Source of the DNA: the human T2T-CHM13v2.0 reference genome, Homo sapiens
Reading direction: 5' to 3' (one strand)
DNA length: 64,000 nucleotides
Assembly: GCF_009914755.1 (NCBI RefSeq)
Contig: NC_060945.1
The position numbers and the translations under genes were made by a program. The notes below the pieces were generated by a model. That model worked only from the letters and a program-made list of their open reading frames with translations, did no database searches and was not told where the DNA came from. This document shows positions 1-13,159 of the stretch, piece after piece; position 1 is the first letter of the stretch, and each line of letters begins with the position of its first letter.

Positions 1-1675
1 AAGTCTTGGAGTTGCTCTTCTTGAGGAGCATCTTTGTGGCATTCTCTGTATTTCCTCAATTTGAATGTTAACTTGCCTCGCTAAGTTGGGGAAGTTCTCC
101 TGCATAGTATCCTGCAGAGTGTTTTCCAACTTGGTTCCATTCTCCCCGTCACTTTCAGGTACACCAATCAGACATAGATTTGGTCTTTTCACATAGTCCC
201 ATGTTTCTTGGAGGCTTTGTTCATTTCTTTTTACTCTTTTTTCTCTAAGCTTCTCTTCTCACTTCATTTCATTCATTTGGTCTTCAATCACTGATACCCT
301 TTCTTCCACTTGATCAAATCAGCTACTGAAGCTTGTGCATGTGTCACATAGTTCTTGTGCCATGGTTTTCAGCTCCATCAGGTCATTTAAGGACTTCTCT
401 ACACTGGTTATTCAGTTAGAAATTCATCTAATCTTTTATCAAGGTTTTTAGCTTCTTTGCGATGGGTTCGAACATCCTCCTTTAGCTCGGAGAAGTTTGT
501 TATTACTGATCGTCTGAAGCCTTCTTCTCTCAACTCATCAAAGTCATTCTCCATCCAGCTTTGTTCTGTTGCTGGTGAGGAGCTGTGCTCCTTTGCAGGA
601 GAAGAGGCACTCTGATTTTCAGAATTTTCAGCTTTTCTGCTCTGGTTTCTCCTCATCTTTGTGGTTTTATCTGCCTTTGGTCTTTGATCATGGTGATGTA
701 CAGATGGGGTTTTGGTGTGGATGTCCTTTCTGTTTGTCAGTTTTCCTTCTAACAGTCAGGACCCTCAGCTGCAGGTCTGTTGGAGTTTGCTGGAGGTCCA
801 CTCCAGACCCTGTTTACCTGGGTATCAGAAGCAGAGGCTGCAGAACAGCGAATATTGCTGAACAGCAAATGTTGCTGCCTGATCGTTCCTCTGGAAGTTT
901 CATCTCAGAGGGGTACCCGGCCATGTGAGGTGTCAGTCTGCCCCTACTCAGGGGTGCCTCCCAGTTAGGCTACTCGGGGTTCAGGGACCCACTTGAGGAG
1001 ACAGTCTGTCCATTCTCAGATCTCAAACTCTGTGCTGGGAGAACCACTACTCTCTTCAAAGCTGACAGACAGGGACATTTAAGTCTGCAGAGGTTTCTTC
1101 TGCCTTTTGTTCAGCTAGGTCCTGCCCCCAGAGGTGGAGTCTACAGAGGCAGGCAGCCCTCCTTGAGCTGCGGTGGGCTCCACCCAGCTCGAGCTTCTCG
1201 GCCGCTTTGTTTACCTACTCAAGCCTCAGCAAAGGTGGGCACCCCTCCTCCAGCCTTGCTGCCACCTTGCAGTTCGATCTCAGACTGCTGTGCTAGCAAT
1301 GAGTAAGGCTCCATGGGCATGGGACCCTCCAAGCCAGGCAGCCAGGCATGGGATATAATTGTGCCATTTGCTAAGACCATTGGAAAAGCGCAGTATTAGG
1401 GTGGGAGTGACCCAATTTTCCAGGTGCCTTCTGTCACAGCTTTGCTTGGCTATGAAAGGGAATTCCCTGACCCCTTGCACTTCTGGGGTGAGGTGATGCC
1501 TTGCCCTGCTTCGGCTCATGCTCGGTGCGCTGCACCCACTGTCCTGCACCCACTGTCCTACAAGCCCCAGTGACATGAACCCAATACCTCAGTTGGAAAT
1601 GCAGAAATCACCCATCTTCTGCGTTGCTCATGCTGGGAGCTGTAGACTGGAGCTGTTCCTATTCGGCCATCTTCC
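1..1675 (-). mobile_element. L1PA (about L1PA6-8) 5' UTR plus N-terminal ORF1, continuing off the left edge; ORF1 disabled
   Basis: The minus strand starts GGAAGATGGCCGAATAGGAACAGCTCCAG (L1 5' end with YY1 site). ORF1 begins at 656 with MRRNQSRKAEN...WMENDFDELREEGFRR. A 1-nt deletion near 413 causes a stop at 408-410. Confidence 0.95.
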
Positions 1676-2811
1676 ACTTTACCACTTATCATTAGTTTTA
1701 AAGAAAAAAAAACTGACATAATGGAAATTTTCACTATACCTCAGGAAGGGAATTCAGTGGAAAAGTAAGCTTCCTATTCCCTCTTGACCTTCAGTTTATA
1801 CTTTTCTTCCTAAGTCAAGTACTACTACTGGTTTCTTATGCTATTTCTAGAACTAGCCTATCTATCTGTTGTCTATTTAAAATAACTCATTATTCACCTT
1901 TTATTTGAGCTGCCTTATGGATCTATGTAGTTTTTCTGTCTCTTTTTAAAATTTTTTATGTGGTAAAATACACATAACATAAAATTTACCATCTTAACCA
2001 TTTTTCAGTGTACAGTTTAGTAGCACCATCTTTCACATTGTTGTGCAACCAATCTCCAAAACCTTTTCATCGTGCAAAACAAATTCTGTATCTATTCAAC
2101 AGCTCTCCATTCTTCCCTACCCACAACTCCTGCAACCATCCTTCTACTTTCTGTCTGTCTGAATTTGAATACCTCACATAAGCGGAATCATACAGTATTT
2201 GCCTTTTTGACATGGGCTTATTTTACTTAGCATAATGTCCTCCAGTTCCATTCACGTTGCCTTGAAAGACAGGATTTCATTATTTCTTTATGGCTGAAAT
2301 AGTATTCATCCGTGTTGTAGCATGTCAGATTCTCTTCCTCTTTAAGGCTGAATGATATTCCATTGTATGTATATACCAACATTCTATTTATCTAAATGTA
2401 TCTGCCAATGGATTTTTCAGTTTCCACCTTTTGGCTATTACAAATAATGCTACTGTGAACATGGGAGTACAAATAACTTCAAAGCCCTGCTTTTAATTGT
2501 TCTGAATATATATCCAGAAGTGGACTTTCTGGATCATATCTTTATTCTATTTTTAATTTTTTGAAGAATTTCTTTTTTTAAGTCACTTTTGATGGTTTGT
2601 TCTTTGCCAGAAAATATATTTTTCAATTTTATCAGTGCAGAGTTGTATATAATATTTATATATTTTACTTGTACAATTATATAAAAGTTGTATTATATTT
2701 CTATATTCTCATATAATTATCTTCAGTATCCATGTTTGTAACTGTTTCCTTATTTCTCTTTTTCCTCTTTCATGTTTACTATTTTATTGGTCTTTAAAAC
2801 CTAGACTTTGA

Positions 2812-3115
2812 TTTTTTTTTGTTGTTGTTGTTTTTGAGACAGAGTCTTGCTCTATCACCCAGGCTGGAGTGGAGTGGCGTGATCTCAGCTCACTGCAACC
2901 TCCGTCTCCCAGGTTCAAGTAATTCTCCTGCCTCAGCATCCTGAGTAGCTGGGATTACAGGTGCCGGACACCATGCCCAGCTAAGTTTTGTATTTTTAAT
3001 AGAGATGGGGTTTCACTACGTTGGTCAGGCTGTTCTCAAACTCCTGACCTTGTGATCCACCCACCTCAGCCTCCCAAAGTGCTGGGATTACAGGCATGAG
3101 CCACCGCGCCTGGCC
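2812..3115 (-). mobile_element. Alu (AluS-like)
   Basis: Full-length reverse-complement Alu dimer with poly-T tail. Confidence 0.95.
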
Positions 3116-5169
3116 GTTTCCTAGCATTTAAATTTTTCTGTTTCATTAATTTTAGCTTTCATTTTATTTATATTGTTATTTCTTCAGGCAATGGCTTGGT
3201 TCATCTATTTTCAGTTTTTTTTAAAAAAAACTGTAAAGTGTAAGGCTCTAAATTTTATTTTTTTAGTTACAGGAATTTTTAATATATTCTGGTTATTAAT
3301 CCCTTATGAGATACATTATTTGCAAGTATTTTCTCCCACTCTGTGGATTGTTGTTTCATCTTCTTGATAGTGTCCTTGATAGACACAAGTTTTAATTTTG
3401 ATGAAGTCCAATTTATCTGTTTTTTCTTTTGTTGTCTGTGCTCTTTTGGCATCATATACCAGAAATCTTTGCCAAATCCAATGTTGGAAACATTTCTTTC
3501 CTATGTTTTCTCCTAGGAGCTTTATAGCTTTACTGTTAAGTTTTGGTCTTTGATCTATTTTGATTTAGTTTTTGTATATGATGTAAGGGAAGGGTCCATC
3601 TTCATTCTTTTGCATCTGGATAATCAGTTTTCCTAGCATCGTTTGTTGAAAAGACTGTTCTTTCTCCATTGAATGGTCTTACTACTTTTTTCAAAAATTG
3701 TTTGGTCATATGTGTGAGGTTTCTTTCTAGGCTCTCTATTCCATTGGTCTATATGACTGTGCTTATGCTAGTACCGCATTGTTTTGATTACTGTAGCTTT
3801 GTAGTAAGTTTTCAAATAAGAAAGTGTGAGTTCTCCAACTTTATTCTTTCTCGAGATACTTCTGACTATTATGTGGTTCTTTGAGATTCATATGAATTTT
3901 ACAATGGGTTTTTCTCTTTCTTTTTGCAAAAAAGACCATTGGGATTTTGATAGGGGTTGCATTGAATCTGTATATTGCTTTGGGTAATATTGTTACTTTA
4001 ACAATCTAGGAACATGGGATATCTTTCCATTTATTTATGTTTAATTTCTTTCAGCAATGTTTGTAGTTTTTTATTGTATAAGTTTTTCACCTCATTGATT
4101 AATTCCTAAATATTTTCTTTTTGATGCTATCATAAGTGGAATTGTTTTCTTAATTTCCTTTTTGTATTTTTCATTGTGAATGTATAGAAATCCACCTGAT
4201 TTTTGTGTGCTGACTTTGTATTCTATGACTTTGAATTTATTAGCTCTATCAGTTTGTTTTTGGTGTGTATGTGTCATCTTTAGGGATTTCTACATATATA
4301 TCTTCTGTGAATAGACATAATTTTGCTTCTTTCTGTCCAACTTGGATGACTTTTCCATCTTTTTCTTGCCTAATTGCCCTGTCTAGAATTTCTAGTATTA
4401 TGCCGAATAGAAGTAGAAAAAGTGGGTATCCTCATCCTGTTCCTGATATTAGGGGGAGAACTTTCAGTCTTTCACTATTGAGTATGTTGTTAGCTATTGG
4501 TTTTTAATATATGGCTTTTATTATGTTGAGGAAATTTCCTTCTATTCCTAGCTTGAGGTTTTTTTTTTTTTAATCATGAAATGTGTGGAAATTTGTCAAG
4601 TGGTTTTTCTGTATCGATTCAGATGATAATGTGGAGTTTCTTCTTCATTCTATTATGTGGTGTATTACATTGATTTTTTGTTGTTGTTGAAGCATCTTGT
4701 GTTCCTGGAGTAAGTTTCACTTGGTCATGGTGTGTCATCCTTTTAATAGGCTGCTGATTTTGTTGAGTTTTTCATCACTATTCCTAAGGTATATTGGCCT
4801 GTAGTTTTCTTGTATTATTTTTGTCTGGCTTTGGTATCAGAGTAATGTTGGACTCATAGAACTAAGGGGGAGAAGTGTTCCCTTCTCTTTAATTTTTTGG
4901 AAGTGTTTGAGAAACTTTCTTCTTTAAATTTTGGGTAGAATCAACCCATGAAAGCTATCTGGTCCTGACCTTTCCTTTGGGAGCTTTTTGATTACTGATT
5001 TGATCCCTTTACTAGTTATAGTTCTATTTAGATTTTCTATTTCCTTATGAGTTAGTTTTGGTAGATTGTGTGTTTGTAGGGATTTGTCCATTTTGTCCAG
5101 ATTATTCAAATTGTTGGCATACAGTTTTACATGGTATCATCTCATCATCCTTTTTAGTTTTGTAAATAA

Positions 5170-5545
<376 letters not shown>

Positions 5546-6430
5546 TAATCGAACTAACTAGAGTTTTCTCAACTTTTTCAAAGAATCAGCTTCTGGTTTT
5601 GTAATTTGTCTCCATGTTTTTCTGTTCTCTGTTTGTTCTCACTCTAATCTTTAGTATTTTCTTCCTTCTGCTAGCTTTGGTGTAGTTTACTCTTTTTCTG
5701 GTTCCTTGAGGTGTATGGTTAGGTTATTGAGTTGAGAATTTTCTTGTTTTTTTAATGTAAAGGTTTACAGCTTTAATTTTTTCTTTTAGCCCTGCATTCA
5801 CTGCATCCTGTAAGTTTTAGTGTATTGTGTTTTCATTTTCATTTGTCTCAAGATGGTTTCTAATTTCCTTCATGATTTTTTCCTTTGATCTATTGGTTAT
5901 GATTCACAAATTTTCCCATATTTGTGAATTTGTTAGTTTTTCATCTGCTGTTGGTTTTTCATTTCCATTATGATCAGAAAACATACTTTGTAAGATCTCA
6001 ATCTCTTTAAATGTATTAAGACTTACTTTGTAGCCTAATATATGGTCTGTTTTGGAGAATGTTCCATGTACACTTAAGAATATATTGTGCTGATGTTGGG
6101 TGAGTTTAGGTGTTGACATGTTACATTTGAGCATACATGTAGGTGGAGATGTGAGATATTCATTTAGGAGAAAAGCCAAGGGAAGAAATTTGTTAATGAA
6201 CTGTAAAGAGGGGTTGACATTCACAAGAATATGTAATTTTTTAAAAAAAAACAAATTTAGAGTGATAGAACAGCCTTGAATATATTCTTATTTAGAAGGC
6301 TGAAGTTTGAATATAGCCTGGAGTGTTAGAAAAGGATGGAACAGTTTATCATAGACCAGAGCCAAGAGAGTATAATATTTAGATTTTAAATATCAAAAAG
6401 AAGATATGATCAGCTGAATTCAAAGTTGAA

Positions 6431-6776
<346 letters not shown>

Positions 6777-6998
6777 TTAAAAATTCAATAAAGAAAATAG
6801 AAAAAAGATGTTTTTTTTAATTTGAGAAACATTTAAATGATGACCACTACTTAAATTATGAAATTGAAAACCAGAAATATAAATTATGCACTCTTTATAG
6901 TATGAGTTTTAGAGGTTGTTAATTTGCTATCATATTAGGTAAATCTGGAATAGAAGAAACTTCATATATTATCTTATTGCTATATTTGAATTCTGTAG

Positions 6999-7172
6999 AA
7001 GTTGTTTCTGGACAGTCTATGGAAAGCTCTTGCTGGCCACGGAGGAAGTAGGCAGCTGACACAAAGTTCTGCAATTGCCTGTGCCAAACTGTGTAAAGCA
7101 AGTACTTACATCAACTGGGAAGATAACGCTGTCATTTTCCTACTTGTTCAGTCCATGGTGGTTGATCTTAAG
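6999..7172 (+). pseudogene. NF1P3: NF1 exon 9-like (174 nt, open frame)
   Basis: tgtag|AAG...KLFLDSLWKALAGHGGSRQLTQSSAIACAKLCKASTYINWEDNAVIFLLVQSMVVDLK|gtaac. Confidence 0.93.
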
Positions 7173-7613
7173 GTAACATGCTTATTCTTTCTCTACTACA
7201 AAGTTTAAGAAAATTAAATTAATTTTCTAACATAAGTATTATGTCAAAGAGAATTGCTAACATTAAAGTTCTGATTCTTCTTTGATAAGTTCATAGGACT
7301 TGCTTTTGTTGTTACTGCATTCATCAGTCTAAATGGACTGAGAATATGAAGAAAACACTGTTTTCTTAAATGAGCATAAATATACAGACTTGGGTTTAAA
7401 ATAATGTGGCAATCAGGGCCTGAAAGGAACCTATATATGGTACAGGAAGAATTGTATCAGATGGATGAACCACAGTATTGGTGCTTTGTGCTGCTTCTGG
7501 CAACTGAATTTTACTGCCATCTATGTGGATAATGTGTTGATGTTATTACATATTAGTAAAGAAATACTGCATGGGTATTTAAAGGCTTTTGTTTTCTGTT
7601 GGGGTTTTTATAG

Positions 7614-7734
7614 AACCTGCTTTTTAATCCAAGTAAGCCATTCTCAAGGGGCAGTCAGCCTGCAGATGTGGATCTTATGATTGACTGCCTTGTTTCTTGC
7701 CTTCGTGTAAGCCCTCACAACAACCAAGTTTAAG
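7614..7734 (+). pseudogene. NF1P3: NF1 exon 10-like (121 nt; 2 nt short, frameshift and stop)
   Basis: tatag|NLLFNPSKPFSRGSQPADVDLMIDCLVSCLRVSPHNNQ, then GTT TAA G|gtgag where NF1 reads HFK. Confidence 0.92.
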
Positions 7735-7981
7735 GTGAGGGCACTGGTTTTTATCTAACTATGTTTACTGATGCCGTTATCCTTTATAAACGGAAAGACT
7801 AGAGGGATAACAGGTTCACCTCTATCGGCATTTCTCACTATTACGTATTGATGTTCATTTCAAGACCTTAAAAACTTAGTGTTTTTTAAAAAACTTTCTG
7901 TTTGCTGTTCTTTTTGACTTCATTTGTATTACTGAGTATTTTTCTCATAGAAATAATCTGCTTTTTTTTCTTTTTCTATAG

Positions 7982-8056
7982 ATCTGCCTGGTGCAGAATT
8001 CACATTCTACATTTCACTATGTGCTGGTAAATTCACTCCATCAAATCATCACCAAT
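7982..8056 (+). pseudogene. NF1P3: NF1 exon 11-like (75 nt, open frame)
   Basis: ctatag|ICLVQNSHSTFHYVLVNSLHQIITN|gtaagt. Confidence 0.92.
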
Positions 8057-8794
8057 GTAAGTCCAATAGGCATTGCTAAACTACTAAAAAAAAAAATTTC
8101 ATTATTTTCTTTGCATATTTCTTTTTACGAAACGCGCTCTTGGTTTTCAAAAAGGTTCTGAATTTAGATGTACGGAATAGGAAAATTTCTCCACGGTGAT
8201 TATATTTGATAATTGATAAATACTTGTATTTTTCATAGTAAGCCTTGACCGAAGGGCCCATATTAAGGAAGATGGAGTTAATAAGATGCTTTGGAAAGAT
8301 AAATCTAAAGCATTTTATTCAGATCAAAAGCCCTAGAGAAAAATGGCACTGAAAATATAATATAAAATTTTCATCCCAAAGCTTTTCAAACATATTATTT
8401 GAATACTCTTAGCCCTTTCACAGCATTTGATACATTGATTGCCACCTTACCATTTAAGTTAAAAGTAATAGTATTTATGTTGTAGTCCAGTATAGCACAC
8501 TGACAAAATGATGGGACTATATTTGATGGTACTTTAAAACCTTTTGATCTTAAATTTATTCATATTGTAAAATTTCATTTTTCTTAAAATAAAATATTAA
8601 CATACTTTAAAAGAGGTATTCACAAGATACAAAAGCATATCAAACAAAATAAGTGAAATCATTAAAAGGTACTTGGGAAACCTTCAACTCTGATATGGTG
8701 ACATTAAATAGAGAGCAAAACTTTATCAGATTTGGACTGTGGATTTTTAAAATTCTAATTATGAACAACCCAGTTTTGAAAGTTCTCAGATGTT

Positions 8795-9085
<291 letters not shown>

Positions 9086-9425
9086 TGGTTTAGCACTTAT
9101 TACTTAGTCATTGCTTCCATATTTGTGTACATTGCTATTGGTCCCATAAATTGATACATTTCTTGCAGTCTTTTTGGAACGCTATTTGGCAGGAGCTATA
9201 CAAACATTTCATTTTTTTTGTACAAATAATTCAATTTCTATGACTTTAAAAATGTTGTGAATATAACTCAAAAGGAAAAAGCTGCACACATAGGTACTTA
9301 TCGCTCTTGATTACAATAGGAGAATATTAGAAGAACTTTACTAGGAGGAGAATGGGTTAATATTCAATAATGAGAATGGTATTTTAACTTGGTGAGCTGA
9401 TAAACATTCATTAAAACCTATATAG

Positions 9426-9731
9426 GGCCGGGCGCAGTGGTTCTCGCCTGTAATCCCAGCACTTTGAGAGGCTGAGGTGGGTGGATCATAAGATCAGAAG
9501 TTCAACATCAGCCTGGCCAAGATGGTGAAACCTGTCTCTACTAAAAATACAAAAAAAAAAAAATTAGCTGGGTGTGGTGGTGGACCCCTGTAATCCCAGC
9601 TACTTGGGAGGCTGAGGCAGAGAATTGCTTAAACCTGGGAGGCGGAGGATGCAGTGACCCGAGATCACATCAATGCACTCCAGCCTGGGCCACAGAACGA
9701 AGCCACGTCTCAAAGAAAAAAAAACCAAAAA
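9426..9731 (+). mobile_element. Alu (AluS-like)
   Basis: Alu dimer with TSD AAAACCTATATAG. Confidence 0.95.
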
Positions 9732-9747
9732 AAAACCTATATAGATC

Positions 9748-10364
<617 letters not shown>

Positions 10365-11271
10365 TTAATAGTTTTTTGAGATTCTCACAATTAATTGCAA
10401 TTTTCATTAAATATCTCAAAGTAATTACAATAACAATGTTTGAAATGAGATAATATGGGTCTGGCCTTTATACGTTGATAAGTTGACCAAGGGCTGAAAG
10501 GAATGTCCAGAGCTTCACAGTGTCTGCTGGGTTGGGGGTGGAGCGGGGTGGGAGGAATGTGAGTTGGGATTGTAGAATTGGAGTTAAGATAGGATCAGTT
10601 TGAAGGAAGAGTTTACGTTTTATTCTTTATATCTTTGATGGTTTTAATTTATGTAATAATCTATATGTTATATATTGTAAGTGAATTATTTAATTCCTGT
10701 TAATGTTCTCTGAACCAAATTCCAATTTCAGTTCTATGGTCCACTGAAATACTTTAGAATGGATAATCTGTTATGAAATACAAAATCCATTTTGCTTCCT
10801 CTCTCTTGATTTTGAAAAATAGTTGCTCTTTTCTGTTACGAGAGACTTTGTGGCAAGTGAGACGATTTTTACTTATCTTTTGCTGTGTGTATTAATTTTG
10901 GCAAGCCCTTCTTACTTGGGGATTAACTTTTTGTCTCACAGAGTTCTTTAATATCTGTTGAAATTATTTTGTTTGTTTCTTAAAGGAATTTTTACAGTTG
11001 TATATTGTTCTGAATTCATCATTTAGCTTTATATGGTTATGCCAGTTAGAGTAAGAATGATGAGAATAAAATGATATCATTCTGTCTATATTATTCCCTA
11101 GAGGTTTGTGTTCACCAGAGTTTATCTCTTTTTACCTTTTACTATGTATGGAAACTACAAATGAAATAGCTCAATTTCTTAGCATTTATACAGTAAGTAC
11201 TCCAGCGTTATGTTTACCAAACATGTTTGAGTGAGTCTTCTCTTTGCCTTTCTCTTTTTAAAAAAATTCAG

Positions 11272-11351
11272 GCTCTGCTGGTTCTTCGTCAGTTAGATAG
11301 CATTGATTTGTGGAATCCTGATGCTCCTGGAGAAACATTTTGGGAGATTAG
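11272..11351 (+). pseudogene. NF1P3: NF1 exon 15-like (80 nt, open frame)
   Basis: ttcag|ALLVLRQLDSIDLWNPDAPGETFWEI-AG|gtatat. Confidence 0.92.
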
Positions 11352-11977
11352 GTATATGTACTTTTATTCTTTAAATTCAACTTTTAAATTTTATTTTGTA
11401 TTTTTTGTCTTGAAATATTAACTCTATAGTATTTAGTATATTGTAAAACTTATACTTCCAAAGGTTTTATGATTTTGTATTTTTTTGACTTCAAATTATT
11501 AGAATTTCTTGTTTTAACTGTAAAAAAAAGTGTCACAGCAATTTAGAAAATAAGTTTTAAGAATAGTGCTAAATTTTGTCACCCAAACAAGTACTGTTGT
11601 TTGGTATATTCCCTTTTTCAGATTTCAATGTGGTTACTACTATGATTTAAATAGATTTTCACAGTTTTAAGCCTAGAATGATAAAATTTTGTAAAAATAT
11701 TGTTTTTTCAGTTTTTTAAGCTGTGTGATCTTTCACAAACTTTCTGTAATACCAATGCTTTTGATGAATGAATTAATCATGGACACCTGCTTAGAAGACA
11801 AAAATATATACAGAATTTTGTGGTCTACTTCCTAGATTATATAAGTCATTACATTTTCATGAGCATAAAGTCACCACACTGAGGAAAATGGAAATGTGTA
11901 AACCTCAAGTTTGCCATTATCTTATAGGAATAGGTGTGCTAAGTTACATGGCAGCTGAATTAAACCTTACTCTAGAG

Positions 11978-12289
11978 CAATGCTCTCCAATAGTAATATA
12001 ATGAGAACCCCATATGTTAAAGTTTCCTACATTAAAGAGTAAAAAGAAGCAGGTAAAGTTAATTGTATTAAATTTTATTTAACCCCGTGTATATTATCTG
12101 TAATATAATTTCAACATGTAATCAATATAAAAGTTATTAATGACATATTTCATTGTCTTTTTTAAATAAAGTCTTCGAATTTTGGTGTGTCTTTTATACT
12201 TGCAGCACATCTCAATTTGAACAAGCCACACTTAAAGTCCTCGATAGCCATGTGTGGCTGCCCAGTGGCTACCATGTTAGACACTGCAG
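11978..12289. mobile_element. MER33/MER3-like hAT-Charlie DNA transposon fossil
   Basis: Degenerate TIRs (CAATGCTCTCCAA ... TTAGACACTGCAG), internal AGCCACA/TGTGGCT motifs, and 8-bp TSD CTCTAGAG on both sides. Confidence 0.8.
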
Positions 12290-12297
12290 CTCTAGAG

Positions 12298-12522
12298 TAG
12301 GGATCAGGAAACTTTTCTCTTAAGGCCAGATAGTAAATATTTTAGGCTTTGCAGGTCATACAGTTTCTGTCATAACCATTCAGTTCTGCCTCTGAAGCAT
12401 GAAAGTGGCCACAGACAATATGTGAATGAACGGGCGTGGCTGTGTTTAACTAAGACTTTATATTTACAATAGCAAGTGATAGGCTGGATTTGGCCTATGG
12501 ATGGTAGCTTGCAGACCCGCTG
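12298..12522. mobile_element. MER58A-like hAT-Charlie DNA transposon fossil
   Basis: AAGGCCAGATAGTAAATATTTTAGGCTTTGCAGG...GGCTGGATTTGGCC...GACCCGCTG. Confidence 0.8.
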
Positions 12523-12932
12523 TCCTCATTCAGCTACCTCTGTCCGCCAGGGGAGTGCCTAGGTGGCCAGAACCTCCTCTGGGCTTCAGCCCATGCTGCT
12601 TAGGTCCGGGGTCCCTTGGGGAGTCTCTGAACGTGCACCTCACAGTCTCACGTTTGTGTGGTGGACGATGTGCACATGCCTGCCCATCCTGGGTGGAATC
12701 CTCACGTGCTTGAGAGTCTAACACACTTCTAATAACTCATGAGGAAGACAAAATTATAAAGGAACTTTTCAAATACTTAGAACTGAAGAATAATAAAAAT
12801 ACTACATAGCAAAATGTGTAGAATGTAGTTAAAGTTCATTGTATACAGGGAAATGTAGCCTTTTAAAGACAGACTGGAAAAGAAGAAAGGCTACAAATTA
12901 ATGAGTTAAGCTTCCAACTTAAGGACAAAAGA

Positions 12933-13159
12933 GGCAAGGCATGGTGGCTCACGCCTGTAATCCCAGCACTTTGGGAGGCTGAGGTGGACAAATCACCTGA
13001 GGTCGGAAGTTCAAGACTAGCGTGACCAACATGGCAAGACCCCGTCTCTACTAAAAATACAAAAATTACCTGGGCATGGTGGCGGGCGCCTGTAATCCCA
13101 GCTACTCAGGAGGCTGAGGCAGGAGAATCGCTTGAACCTGGGAGGCAGAGGTTGCAGTG
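12933..13159 (+). mobile_element. Alu truncated in the right arm, preceded by a short L1 ORF2 fragment (about 12740-12930)
   Basis: The Alu stops at GGTTGCAGTG with no tail and joins GC-rich unique sequence. Confidence 0.88.

Noticed and set aside
1232-1306. L1 ORF0 on the plus strand
   Set aside because: The start codon is mutated (GCAAAGG in place of GCAATGG) and an in-frame TAA follows after 24 codons.
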